From Flectonema sp. DT1601 (taxonomy: Eukaryota), in the NCBI GenBank assembly GCA_964019425.1, contig OZ025800.1:434001-498000 (forward strand): DNA of 64,000 nucleotides, read 5' to 3'. The position numbers and the translations under genes were made by a program. Numbering within the stretch: the stretch's first letter is position 1; every line of letters starts with the position of its first letter. Of this stretch, positions 1-11,255 are shown one piece after another. The notes below the pieces were generated by a model that made no database searches, was not told where the DNA came from, and saw only the letters and a program-made list of their open reading frames with translations.

Positions 1-1807
1 AATAAATAATTAAATCAGATTTCCAGCTAAAGGTTAAGAGAGTTCCTCGGACCATACCTCTTTCCTGTTTTTTAGTACGAGGGGTCTGGGTAGCACCAGT
101 AGAGAACCAAATCACAGAGATCGTGTTTTTATTCGAATCTGCTGAATAAACTCCCAGCTGTCCACCTTGCCCAGACAAACAGGTTGAAAAAAAAAAAAAG
201 AAAAGAAATGATCAGGAGGTGTGAAATAAAATAAAAAATATCTTTTCCATTCCATCTATAAATAAACCCTTCTTCATGAAATAATCAATATGTGTCAAAC
301 TGAACGAAAGAAAAAATAAAATAAATCCCGGAACCATTAGTATTGTAAAAAAGAATTACCGAAAGGCTTTAAAAAGAGTACTACGAACTTTGGGTAACAC
401 GAATAGCTACCAAATCTGCAACATAATCAAAAGACAGGTCCAGAAAAGGTAACGTAAACCGGCTTTGTTGTTGTTTTTTTTTTCCCCCAAAGGATGCGAT
501 CTCACAAAGACCCAGATAACTCTTAGTGGAGTTCGACGACAAAAATCAACAAAACTCACTTCAACTAAAATAATTCGAAAACAGATATGAGTGATTGTTG
601 TTTTTTTATTTATTGGAAAAACAGTTCAACGCAGCTAAGCGTTTGCCTTCTCAATTCTGTATATTTGGGTTTAATATATTAACAAAAAAACAAAAAAAAC
701 AAAAATAATAATAATAATAATAATAATAATAGCTTTCTGCCACCAAACTGTGCTCGCATAAAAATGGACAAGTTAACTATCAGTTTTACTTTTTTTTTTT
801 TTTTTTTTTGTGAACAGGTAAACGCTTCGACTGGGGGGATAAAAAAAAGAAGAAAAAAAAATCCAAATCATCTTTACAGTCTAAATATGTCCACCACCAG
901 TAGTTGCTGCTTGCCTGTGTTCTGCACATGAACGCAGTCCGACTCGGCTCACCGTGGATTTCACCAGCTCATCACTCTCAGCAGAACACTCATGTCATTC
1001 TTAGAAATCCTCAAAACTATTTGATAACTCGATGAGTATCTTATTCGTCTCTACAATTTACTTATAATCAGGAAAAAAGGGAATACCACGTAACGTATTG
1101 AAAGGTTAGAATTGAAAGACAAATTAAAATACAAGGGGGGAACTTTGATACGATACGAAAAGATTTATCTGGGAAGAATACTGCAGGTCTTTGCACAAAA
1201 AAAAATAAAAATACTGTCACCATGAAACAGAAGGCGTTGAACATTGCCTGGTTTCTTTGGTGGAGGCCACGTGAACGTAGTTGAGCACCTCTTGCCTACG
1301 CTACCGTAACAGTGAAAAACAGCTGTAAATTAAAATCAATGTGAAAAAAATAAAATGAAACCAAAGGTTAACAGTGGACGAACCCGACGTAAGGCTTTCC
1401 TAGACTACTCGAGTCTTCAGCGGTCCGCTCGGTGACAAGGGGGGGGGGGGGTTGTATGTTCGATTTTGTAAAAATTACAACTGTGTTGTATCATAAAAAC
1501 ATAAAGATAATTTAACATTAGTTTTAAATACAGTGACTAAGGGTGATGCGCGACTTAGCATATTAAAGTAACTATAGGTTTCGAGAGTAATCCATATACC
1601 TCTTACCTCTATTCTCTCTCATCAGTATGGTGTAGAAGTAAGTCAGTCAAATGTTGAGACTGAGTCATTCCAGTTTGCAGGACTGGAATGTAGTTACTTT
1701 GACAAGGGGGGGGGGGGGGGGACCTTTGAGCCTCTAGGGGGGGGGGGGGGGGGGGGGGGGGAACTTTGATACGATACGAAAAGATTTATAGGGGGGGGGG
1801 GGGGGTA

Positions 1808-3780
1808 GGGGGGGGTACAAGCTGTCGATAAAGTACTTTTTCCGAATTTTGGTAAATATAACCTTCCCGGGGGCAAAAAATACCCAGGACCCCATCAGAA
1901 CCCCCAAAAATGTGATTTCGGGGCCGAAAAAACCTCGATTTGGCTGATTTCGGCAAAGGAATGAAAAATCTCAAAAAGTGTGGACCGTGTGGTACCTGGG
2001 GGTCCAATTTTGAGGCCTGTGAAATGCACCTTCAAATAATTTTTTTTTACAATGAGAAGAGGTGACCTTAGTGTGTCCCCGTGCACGCAGTGTGCTAATA
2101 TACCATTTCCGTATCAGTTCCCGCTTCAAGAACACGCCACGAAAAAGAGTAGCACTCTCGAGCGGCCATGCTTGAGGCCACGAGGCTCACGGGCAGGATA
2201 ACGCAGCGGAAAACGACGTTCTGCAGGGCAGCTCACAAAGTCATTCTGCGGAGGAGAGCATTGATCCCAGAGTGCATGAAAACACCTCCCGAGGCATCCC
2301 TGAAGTCACTCAACAGCACTTGGACAGTCAGAAACAGGATACGCGTGAGAAAGGGGTTCAAAAAACGTCCAGTATCTGCGTCGTGATCACAGAAGGCTCA
2401 GAGAATAGAGAAAGCGCCACGTCTGTACCCCAAACAGGGATAAGCCTCAAGACAGCTGTAGTGGTAGTGCCTCAAATAGTAGTGCCATAGATAAGCAGCA
2501 GCGACATAGGGCAACATGCTCCATCCAAAAAGCCGTTCAAGGCATCACTTAAGACCCAACCATGCTCACTAGCAGGACATACAAGACACTCCAGTACATG
2601 CAGCATACGAAGAAGTACGGAAGACACATCCGCTTGCAACTGTACCCAAACGAGGGGGATATACTCCTGGAGTCTTGGAGTCGTAACAACACTGCAGATA
2701 TTGCGGCAAGAAGGGATCGGCGCAGAGACATCCAACTAAGTCCTGAGTGAGTGTCATAGTTGAAGCTGTCGCAGGTGCACAGACAGAAGGGAAGCGGGTC
2801 GAAGTCACCAATTATATCTCGAAGGACAGTCCGACTTGTTGATGAATTCACAGGTGATCTGTCGGTGACCTGACTTCTTGAAGCAGCAGCTTCCTCCTCA
2901 CCCTCCGTCACATCGCTGCAGCATGATACTTCCTCTAGTGCCCGTCGTGCTCGTGGGATGAAGCTAACAACCGTTGTGTTCGTTGTCATCCCGCACCCCT
3001 CAAGGGATGGGGAGGTTATTCAGTGTTGTTGATAGTTCTTGGTCAACTGACAGAACCGGTGGCGTGAATGCTGCCCTACTGATAATGTACAACATATTCC
3101 AGAGGCACATGGGCTTCCAAAGGCTACCACATCAACGCAGGACCACCAACCCTCTTCAGATTGGCAAGAACAAGCACAACAGGAGGCGCTATAGGGGCTG
3201 AACGTACCACCCCGTCCTCACGGGGAAGCCCTCTAGACAGCAAGGTCTAATGCAAATCTGCCATCTGCATCCAAGGATTGGTCCTCCGTCTATCTTGTAC
3301 AGAAAGAAGCACAGCTTGGGGCCAAATTTCGAAAGCTGAGCACATGGGATGTTCAAGAGAAGGCCAGTAGCCTAAGCATCGAAGATGGGGGAATTAACAA
3401 GCCCGGTCTGGTGGAGCATATTATTAAGGTTCAAATCAGGCCGATAAAAATAAAAATTGGGTTCCCATTTCATTCCCCACTCAACTCAGAGGGAAACCCT
3501 GGTTATGGATTGCTCAATGCACGGAATTACTTGTAATTTTTGTGAGCCCTCCTAACACACCCCTTGTTTTCACCCCCCTCAGGTACCACACGGTCCACAC
3601 TTTTTGAGATTTTTCAAAGACTTGCTCTAAAGTGCCGAAGAACTGTTTCTTTGGATCGCAATCCCCATTTTTGGGGTATATGTTGCAGTTTTCATAATTT
3701 GGGTGCCCAAAAAACTTGTTCTCCGGAAAAAAACCGAAAGTGCCCAAAATCTCCGTAAAATCGATGCTTGTACCCCCCCC
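1808..3780 (+). mobile_element. Non-autonomous TIR DNA transposon, copy 1 (1973 bp), carrying a decayed Fanzor/TnpB-like ORF
   Basis: Ends GGGGGGGGTACAAGC...GCTTGTACCCCCCCC are inverted, with TA on both outer sides. The imperfect TIR extends about 200 bp (AAAAATCTCAAAAAGTGTGGACCGTGTGGTACCTG near 1965-1999 is the reverse complement of about 3579-3614). Near-identical copy 1990 bp downstream. Confidence 0.85.
2221..3201 (+). pseudogene. Degenerate Fanzor/TnpB-like RuvC nuclease fragment (C-terminal half, frameshifted)
   Basis: Across frames and in the expected order: SIDPR (2257-2271, RuvC-I-like IDPG), RTVRLVDEF (VDEF at 2838-2849, RuvC-II), CPSC (2939-2950), CVRC (2975-2986), then NR-[t]-GVNAALLI (3054-3084, RuvC-III NRDxNAAxNI-like). 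Stops and frameshifts lie between the motifs. Confidence 0.62.
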
Positions 3781-3797
3781 TAGGGGGGGGGGGGGTA

Positions 3798-5770
3798 GGG
3801 GGGGGTACAAGCTGTCGATAAAGTACTTTTTCCGAATTTTGGTAAATATAACCTTCCCGGGGGCAAAAAATACCCAGGACCCCATCAGAACCCCCAAAAA
3901 TGTGATTTCGGGGCCGAAAAAACCTCGATTTGGCTGATTTCGGCAAAGGAATGAAAAATCTCAAAAAGTGTGGACCGTGTGGTACCTGGGAGTCCAATTT
4001 TGAGGCCTGTGAAATGCACCTTCAAATAATTTTTTTTTACAATGAGAAGAGGTGACCTTAGTGTGTCCCTGTGCACGCAGTGTGCTAATATACCATTTCC
4101 GTATCAGTTTCCGCTTCAAGAACACGCCACGAAAAAGAGTAGCACTCTCGAGCGGCCATGCTTGAGGCCACGAGGCTCACGGGCAGGATAACGCAGCGGA
4201 AAACGACGTTCTGCAGGGCAGCTCACAAAGTCATTCTGCGGAGGAGAGCATTGATCCCAGAGTGCATGAAAACACCTCCCGAGGCATCTCTGAAGTCACT
4301 CAACAGCACTTGGACAGTCAGAAACAGGATACGCGTGAGAAAGGGGTTCAAAAAACGTCCAGTATCTGCATCGTGATCACAGAAGGCTCAGAGAATAGAG
4401 AAAGCGCTACGTCTGTACCCCAAACAGGGATAAGCCTCAAGACAGCTGTAGTGGTAGTGCCTCAAATAGTAGTGCCATAGATAAGCAGCAGCGACATAGG
4501 GCAACATGCTCCATCCAAAAAGCCGTTCAAGGCATCACTTAAGACCCAACCATGCTCACTAGCAGGACATACAAGACACTCCAGTACATGCAGCATACGA
4601 AGAAGTACGGAAGACACATCCGCTTGCAACTGTACCCAAACGAGGGGGATATACTCCTGGAGTCTTGGAGTCGTAACAACACTGCAGATATTGCGGCAAG
4701 AAGGGATCGGCGCAGAGACATCCAACTAAGTCCTGAGTGAGTGACATAGTTGAAGCTGTCGCAGGTGCGCAGACAGAAGGGAAGCGGGTCGAAGTCACCA
4801 ATTATATCTCGAAGGACAGTCCGACTTGTTAATGGATTCACAGGTGATCTGTCGGTGACCTGACTTCTTGAAGCAGCAGCTTCCTCCTCACCTTCCGTCA
4901 CATCGCTGCAGCATGATACTTCCTCTAGTCCCCGTCGTGCTCGTGGGATGAAGCTAACAACCGTTGTGTTCGTTGTCATCCTGCACCCCTCAAGGGATGG
5001 GGAGGTTATTCAGTGTTGTTGATAGTTCTTGGTCAACTGACAGAACCGGTGGCGTGAATGCTGCCCTACTGATAATGTACAACATATTCCAGAGGCACAT
5101 GGGCTTCCAAAGGCTACCACATCAACGCAGGACCACCGACCCTCTTCAGATTGGCAAGAACAAGCACAACAGGAGGCGCCACAGGGGCTGAACGTACCAC
5201 TCCGTCCTCACGGGAAAGACCTCTAGACAGCAAGGCCTAATGCTAATCTGCCATCCGCATCCAAGGATTGGTCCTCTGTCTATCTTGTACAGAAAGAAGC
5301 ACAGCTTCGGGCCGAATTTCGAAACCTGAGCACATGGGATGTTCAAGAGAAGGCCAGTAGCCTAAACATCGGACAAGGGGGAATTAACACGCCGGGTCTC
5401 GTGTAGCATATAATTAAGGTTCAAATCAGGTCGATAAAAATAAAAATTGAGTTCCCATTTCATTCCCCACTCAACTTAGAGGGAAACCCCGGTTATGGAT
5501 TGCTCAATGCACGGAATTACTTGTAATTTTTGTGAGCCCTCCTAACACACCCCTTGTTTTCACCCCCCTCAGGTACCACACGGTCCACACTTTTTGAGAT
5601 TTTTCAAAGACTTGCTCTAAAGTGCCGAAGAACTGTTTCTTTGGATCGCAATCCCCATTTTTGGGGTATATGTTGCAGTTTTCATAATTTGGGTGCCCAA
5701 AAAACTTGTTCTCCGGAAAAAAATCGAAAGTGCCCAAAATCTCCGTAAAATCGATGCTTGTACCCCCCCC
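3798..5770 (+). mobile_element. Non-autonomous TIR DNA transposon, copy 2 (1973 bp), tandem with copy 1
   Basis: Same termini and length as copy 1. Separated from it by TA-G13-TA and followed by TA plus a long G run. Confidence 0.85.
4211..5191 (+). pseudogene. Degenerate Fanzor/TnpB-like fragment, copy 2
   Basis: Same as copy 1, but VDEF is VNGF (4828-4839) and CPSC is SPSC. Confidence 0.58.
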
Positions 5771-6980
5771 TAGGGGGGGGGGGGGGGGGGGGGGGGGGGG
5801 GAACTGGTAAGGGGGTAACTTGATACTAATATTAAATGGAAAGCAACTTGAAACTGGCTAAAACGAGAATAGGGTTCGGCCAAACCTGGTTGCAATATAA
5901 GAAATCAACAGTTGGTATCGATAAAAAATCCCATATGTGCTGTCGAATATGGGGATTCGGGGGCCACGTACTACAGGTTGAGCGCCCCATGCCAGGGGAA
6001 AAAAAAAACAAAAAAACAACTTCCCTTGTTACCATGCATGCTGTTTTCAGTATTGATATAGGTGGGGGTGGAAAAGAAAGAAAAAGAAACAGTTTCTGCT
6101 GTTAATTGTGAAGACCAATATTTTAGTAACGAAAAAAATAGGTAAGATGATCGAACGAGAAAAAAAAATGTGGTGATTGCATTCTAAAAAGTATTTTAGA
6201 AAGTCTTCCCAAATACAAGTACAAAACGGGTAACAACAACAACGACAAAAACACTACAATAAAACATATACCATGCAACTACATCAAGTCAACGAGTGAT
6301 TAAATCCACTGCGAAGAAAATACTGCGTATGACTTCTCACAGTACAAAAGGAAAAGAAAAGAAAAACTCGACAACAACAAAAAAAAAAGTAAAGCGAAAG
6401 TTCTCTTCTGACTGTTAAGCATGAGAAAACCATTAAAGCGTAACGCAAACTAGGACTCAGGAAAACACCTGCCAATCTTCTTCTACGAAGCCGGCAGTAA
6501 TCCACTCACAGGTAGAATTTTGACAATTCAGCGGGAAAAAAAAGAAAACAGATAAAGCAAGGGGGGGTGAAAAAAAACTACTAAAAAAAACAGGGGAATT
6601 AACTGTTTAAACATACCAGCAGTGAGATAAATATAAGTTTCGTATCAAAAAGTTTACTAACATAAACAATTAGTAATTTATGATACACGTTGACTAAAGG
6701 TAATGTTAGTATAGGTAAACACTCTGCAAATGTCGCATTTGGGGAGGGTGAAATTGCAAGCGACCACATAGTAATGTGCCGCCTCTTTTGCTTTTATTTT
6801 ATTTTTCCTTGTCGTCTGATTACTATTTTAGTATAAAAATAAAAAAAACCAGATCATCAAACAATAGCAACCAGTTGAAAGAACCCTTTTCCCCAACCAG
6901 AAAATTAACTAACCAGCATTAGTTGTGTAAGTAGTTGCACAGCGCAATAAGCAAATCGACCAAATAATTTGATTAGATTT

Positions 6981-8783
6981 TTAATCATCATCAGCACCTG
7001 GTGAGTTTGGTACTATTCGTATATTTGACATTTTGACCCATCCAAATATATTATTAGAAGGTAGTATGAGTGCCCATTTATCTGTGTGAGTTAATACATG
7101 AACTTCATCATCAACGTGAAGGTAACTACCATGTCGTCTGGCTTTAGTTTTTGGTGTTGCTCGAACACGTTTCCGTTTCGCAGTGATAACAGCAACTTTC
7201 GGTTCTGGTCCCCCTCCGTGACTCGCAGAACTAATTTTTCCTAAATGACGACTTCGTAGCCAACCAGTGACGTTACTCTTTGGTAGTTCAACTTCTGACC
7301 AGTCAGATTTACGTTTTAGTATTTTGACTTGAATTCCCTGCGGGATTCGCTCACGTCTCCTCGAAACGTATCGAGCGTGTGAAGACGGGTCTACCCGGAG
7401 TCGCTTTCCAGACCATAAAACAACAGCGTAGTTATCATCTTTAGAAACATATAATTCTAATCCGTTAACTAACGGTGATTGTGTTGATGAAGCGTATGCA
7501 TCAGGAGAGCGTTCTAGAATATCTTCTTCTTCATCGCTGGTGATATTTTCATCCTGGTCTTCAAACGATGCCATAGAAGGACAACTGTGGAATGAATCAT
7601 CACTGTCATCTTGAACACCACCGTTAGCCATAATCTTTAACTTTCTATCTAATAAACGTGAAGCTCTCCTCGCTTCTAATCCTTTCGGAGAGGTGTGAGG
7701 CTGAGCATCTGGTGAATCTTTTGGAGCGGGTCCTTGACGCCAAACTTCTTTCGGTGTTTTCTTCGTCGTCTTCTCATGCCATATTTCAAAATCCCATAAT
7801 TTCTCACCCGATTTCGTCTGCGCACAGATCGGGTAAGGCTGTCCATTGAAGTACTTCTCAAACGAAACGGGAAAGCTCAACGGAATCGGGAAATGAACTT
7901 CAAACTTATGTAAATACAACAAGTGAGTATAGAATTCGAACGAGTAGGTCCATCCCGGCTCAAAGTAACTGGTGGCAGAATTCGCTAACCCAGTATCCGG
8001 ATTCTTTTTCTGTTGTATAATTGTTTTGACTTGTTACTATAATTAAATATAAAGCATGCTTCCCATAAAGACCTATCGATAAGATCCCGTATGGACTGTC
8101 GATTATGAAAGGTCACAGGTTGAGCGCCTTAAGTCGTTACAGCTTTTCAATTATAATTATCTATTAAGGGAAAGAAAAGAAGAAAAGAGAATAAATAAAC
8201 ATACACTCATCCACTTTGCCCTCTCTTTCATGTTTTTGAATTTTGGAAGATCACCAGCAGGTCGCTCAAAGAGTGCATGAGGTACACTGGGATCTAGTTT
8301 TTCTTCTATCGGATCTCCAGGTTTCCAAATATGAACATTGTCAGCACCTCCTGCTACAAGATTTAAAAGGTAAGGCTTATCAGCATGTATGTCGGAGATT
8401 GTTCCAGGTGAAAATCTAGCGCACACATTCATTGCCAGTTGAATACCATTTGGTGGGTCGAGGGGCCGAGGCCACACGAATCCAAAAAACACATCATCAA
8501 AAGCCAGTTTCTTTTTAAACTCTCCGTTTAAATAAGCAACAATTTTTCTCTTTCTACCGTGGCATACCTGACCCTCACCCCATGGGTCTACTTCACTGTT
8601 ATCGGTATACCTTACAGACATATGAAAGTTCCCCTTAAACAAAGCAGTTTCAAATGGTATCGTTTTTTCACTATTGATTTTGAGTACAGTTCCAGGAGCT
8701 GGTGCTGCGTCGTCCAATTCTTGAGGAGTCCACCTCATCAGCAAGGGTCGTTGATGCCATTCCTCCAACGGAGGAAGGCTCAT
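6981..8783 (-). CDS. DUF1769-like domain protein with two C-terminal SH3-like domains; exons 8205-8783 and 6981-8009
   Basis: A GTATGT...ACAACAG intron (8010-8204) joins the two ORFs in frame. IPFET-LFKG, GRKRK, FDDVFFG and FEPGWTYSFEFY resemble DUF1769. Two units of type DW..V.....GW....L are SH3-like. Confidence 0.75.
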
Positions 8784-9964
8784 CCTTATTATGTAAGAAC
8801 TGAAGGGGAGTTTTAATGATTTATTATTTATGAAGAAATAAATATCTTTATATGTATCAGAGCTAACTAAGTTGACTACAGGTAATAGGTAAACTCTCTG
8901 CAAAGGGGGAAATAATAAAAAAAAAAACCAACGGTTTAGGAAATTCGCTGATTTAGATCTTTCAATGTGATTTTCTTTTTTATATATTCCTGTAAAGAGA
9001 TTTAAAAAAAAAAAAAAAAAAAAAAAACATAAACACCCATAAACCAATGCACATAAAGTATGTACGGAGTGAATCAGGAAAAAGGTATGAAATTTTATTT
9101 TAGGCTTCGTAGTAAATCACATTAGAGGGAGTAATCTACTTTACAATACGACTATCGATTAGTTTATAACCCAACAGGTTAGCTAATCACAATTAATAAC
9201 ATTAAAAAAACTGTAACAAGAATCATCTTCTATGAGATTAATTATTTTCAGTTGTTAATAATAAAAATTGATGACCAACTCAGAATAGAAATAATATTAA
9301 ATTCAAACACAGTACAGTACATTAACATTAGAAGCAGTCAGCAACTAATCTTCCTGTACCAATATAAGTACGAATCCGATACATATTTAACTCTACAGAG
9401 AATAGTACGAGTATTTCTACAAACAGTATGATATAGACTCGCTTCGGTGGAAGATTCCCTCCGATTAAAACAATTATCTAGTTGAGAATTGTAATTTCTA
9501 CAAACGTCTCAGCAGGTGTGATACACAAATCACACCATCTACAAAAGGGTACCTACCTTTATCTACGGCTTCGTAGAGTAAGAATATCAACCTTCTAACA
9601 ATGAGAGGGTTTTATTTATAAAACAGAAACAGAAATTTTGATAGAATTCAAGAAATAGGAAAGCTACCTTAGAATTGATTCGGGGGAAGTTAGAATCCAC
9701 CCACCTATCTGCTCATATACAACACACGATAGGTAACTGCTTGACTGAATCAAACAAAGCGGGTGAAAATCATAACAAATATATTCGGGGTACAACAGTA
9801 TCTCTGGCAGATTGAAGCACCCATCACAGTGTAAATTAACCTACAAATACCTCTTGACTGTACAGGTTGAAGAACTTTCTCCAGCAGCCACAATCAGAGA
9901 ATAGGAAACAAAGCTAACTCACTGTCCCAAATAATACTATGACATGCTGTGATAACCTCACAAA

Positions 9965-10600
9965 TTAAACAATCAGACAAGGTGTTGTTGGTGCGGATAC
10001 CGATATTGGTTGTGTTCGATACCACCAGCTGAGGAAAAAAATACTTGTTGCCTGAGCTGTTGAATTGACATAAAGCAGCGGTGTCCAGGACGATTTTGGT
10101 GGAACAAGAAGAAGTGCTAACATACCCGAGCACCCACCTAATAAATTTTGTCCGTGAGAAATTAGAGAAATACCACGTATACTTCTAATCCGAGTACATT
10201 CGTGAAGGAGGAGGAGGTGGCCAACTATTTGAGATACAGGTTTCAAACCAGTAGTAAACTGTCTTGATTCAGGAATAGCAAATGATAGCAACAGTACAGG
10301 AATTGGTAATAACAATAGAGGAGCCGCACCTCGGGGTTCTGTGAATAGTATCGCCTGCCCAATCATTACAAGATATTGCAACATGCTAATAATACCATAC
10401 ATTAAGACAAACCCACGTTCACCATCTAACGCATTATTGAAGCATAAAAACGATGCGCCAAGCAGCTTTACGACCATCGCCTTCGTCGAGAAGCCCTCGG
10501 TACTTTTTCGAGCGTGATTTTTTATAATCTGGGGGAGATACTGAAGGAAAAACGATACCGTCGAAATGTAACCCAGCGCATTGCTCAATGGCTCGTTCAT
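9965..10600 (-). CDS. PQ-loop repeat membrane protein
   Basis: YLPQIIKNHARKSTEGFS is a canonical PQ-loop. There is a second degenerate repeat (SIRGIS) and several hydrophobic helices. Confidence 0.85.
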   Translation of the reverse strand: MNEPLSNALGYISTVSFFLQYLPQIIKNHARKSTEGFSTKAMVVKLLGASFLCFNNALDGERGFVLMYGIISMLQYLVMIGQAILFTEPRGAAPLLLLPIPVLLLSFAIPESRQFTTGLKPVSQIVGHLLLLHECTRIRSIRGISLISHGQNLLGGCSGMLALLLVPPKSSWTPLLYVNSTAQATSIFFLSWWYRTQPISVSAPTTPCLIV

Positions 10601-10662
10601 GTTGCTTTGCTGAAGGAAGTTGATGTTAGCAAAAAAAACACATTAACTTATGAGATATTGTG

Positions 10663-10842
10663 AAAAGCTCTTGAGGAACTTACATTCCCTCGCTGGCATT
10701 TGGAATGGACGGTTAGTATATCATACTCATACATCGGCTCAGTGGTCTTTGGCACCGTCCCTGTACTGATCCTTCGCTTTGTATTAACTGTGTCTTGAGA
10801 TTCCTATCCGGGGAAGTCCTCCAACGGATTCAGGGCAGTCTT
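10663..10842 (-). ncRNA. Candidate Pol III small RNA divergent from tRNA-Val (identity unknown)
   Basis: Starts AAGACTG about 98 bp upstream of the tRNA on the opposite strand and ends in TTTT. Helices seen: GGACGGT/ACCGTCC, CCCTG/CAGGG, TCCG/CGGA, AGTAT/ATACT and a terminal GAGGGAA/TTCCTC. Confidence 0.45.
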
Positions 10843-10939
10843 ACTTGTTTACTTTATCAAAGAAGGGCAAGAATGAAAAAAATAAAGTAGAAAGACTAGG
10901 GGGATGTGATTAAATAAATAAAACTCTTTTTGTTTCAGA

Positions 10940-11013
10940 GTTCCCATGGTCTAGTTGGTTATGACGTCGCCTTAACACGGCGAAGGTCTCCGGTTCGAGC
11001 CCGGATGGGAATA
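10940..11013 (+). tRNA. tRNA-Val (anticodon AAC)
   Basis: Acceptor stem GTTCCCA/TGGGAAT, anticodon arm TCGCC-TTAACAC-GGCGA, T arm with GGTTCGAGCC, followed by a T5 terminator. Confidence 0.95.
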
Positions 11014-11255
11014 GTTTTTCGATGCTTTTTTAATTGGTGTCCTGTTAAAAGAAGGGATATCCATATTGCTCCTAAACTATTGTCTCCATTGTGCACCAAA
11101 AAGAATTTTCTCCGTTGTAAATTTTTTTTGTTAGGTTAACTTGCACAGTTCGTGTACGGAGAAAAAACTTTTTTTTGACACAGGCAACAGAAATCAAGAG
11201 CGAAGCAATACAAAATGCATCAGGGAATACAACTTAACAAATTTCGTCTAGCTTC

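Noticed and set aside
1694..2086. Proline-rich and other short ORFs at the transposon ends
   Set aside because: They arise from poly-G tracts and TIR sequence; no coding signal.
10700..10720. CTAACC in the candidate ncRNA as a telomerase template
   Set aside because: Only 6 nt match (CTAACCG, not CTAACCCTAA), and it overlaps a predicted helix.
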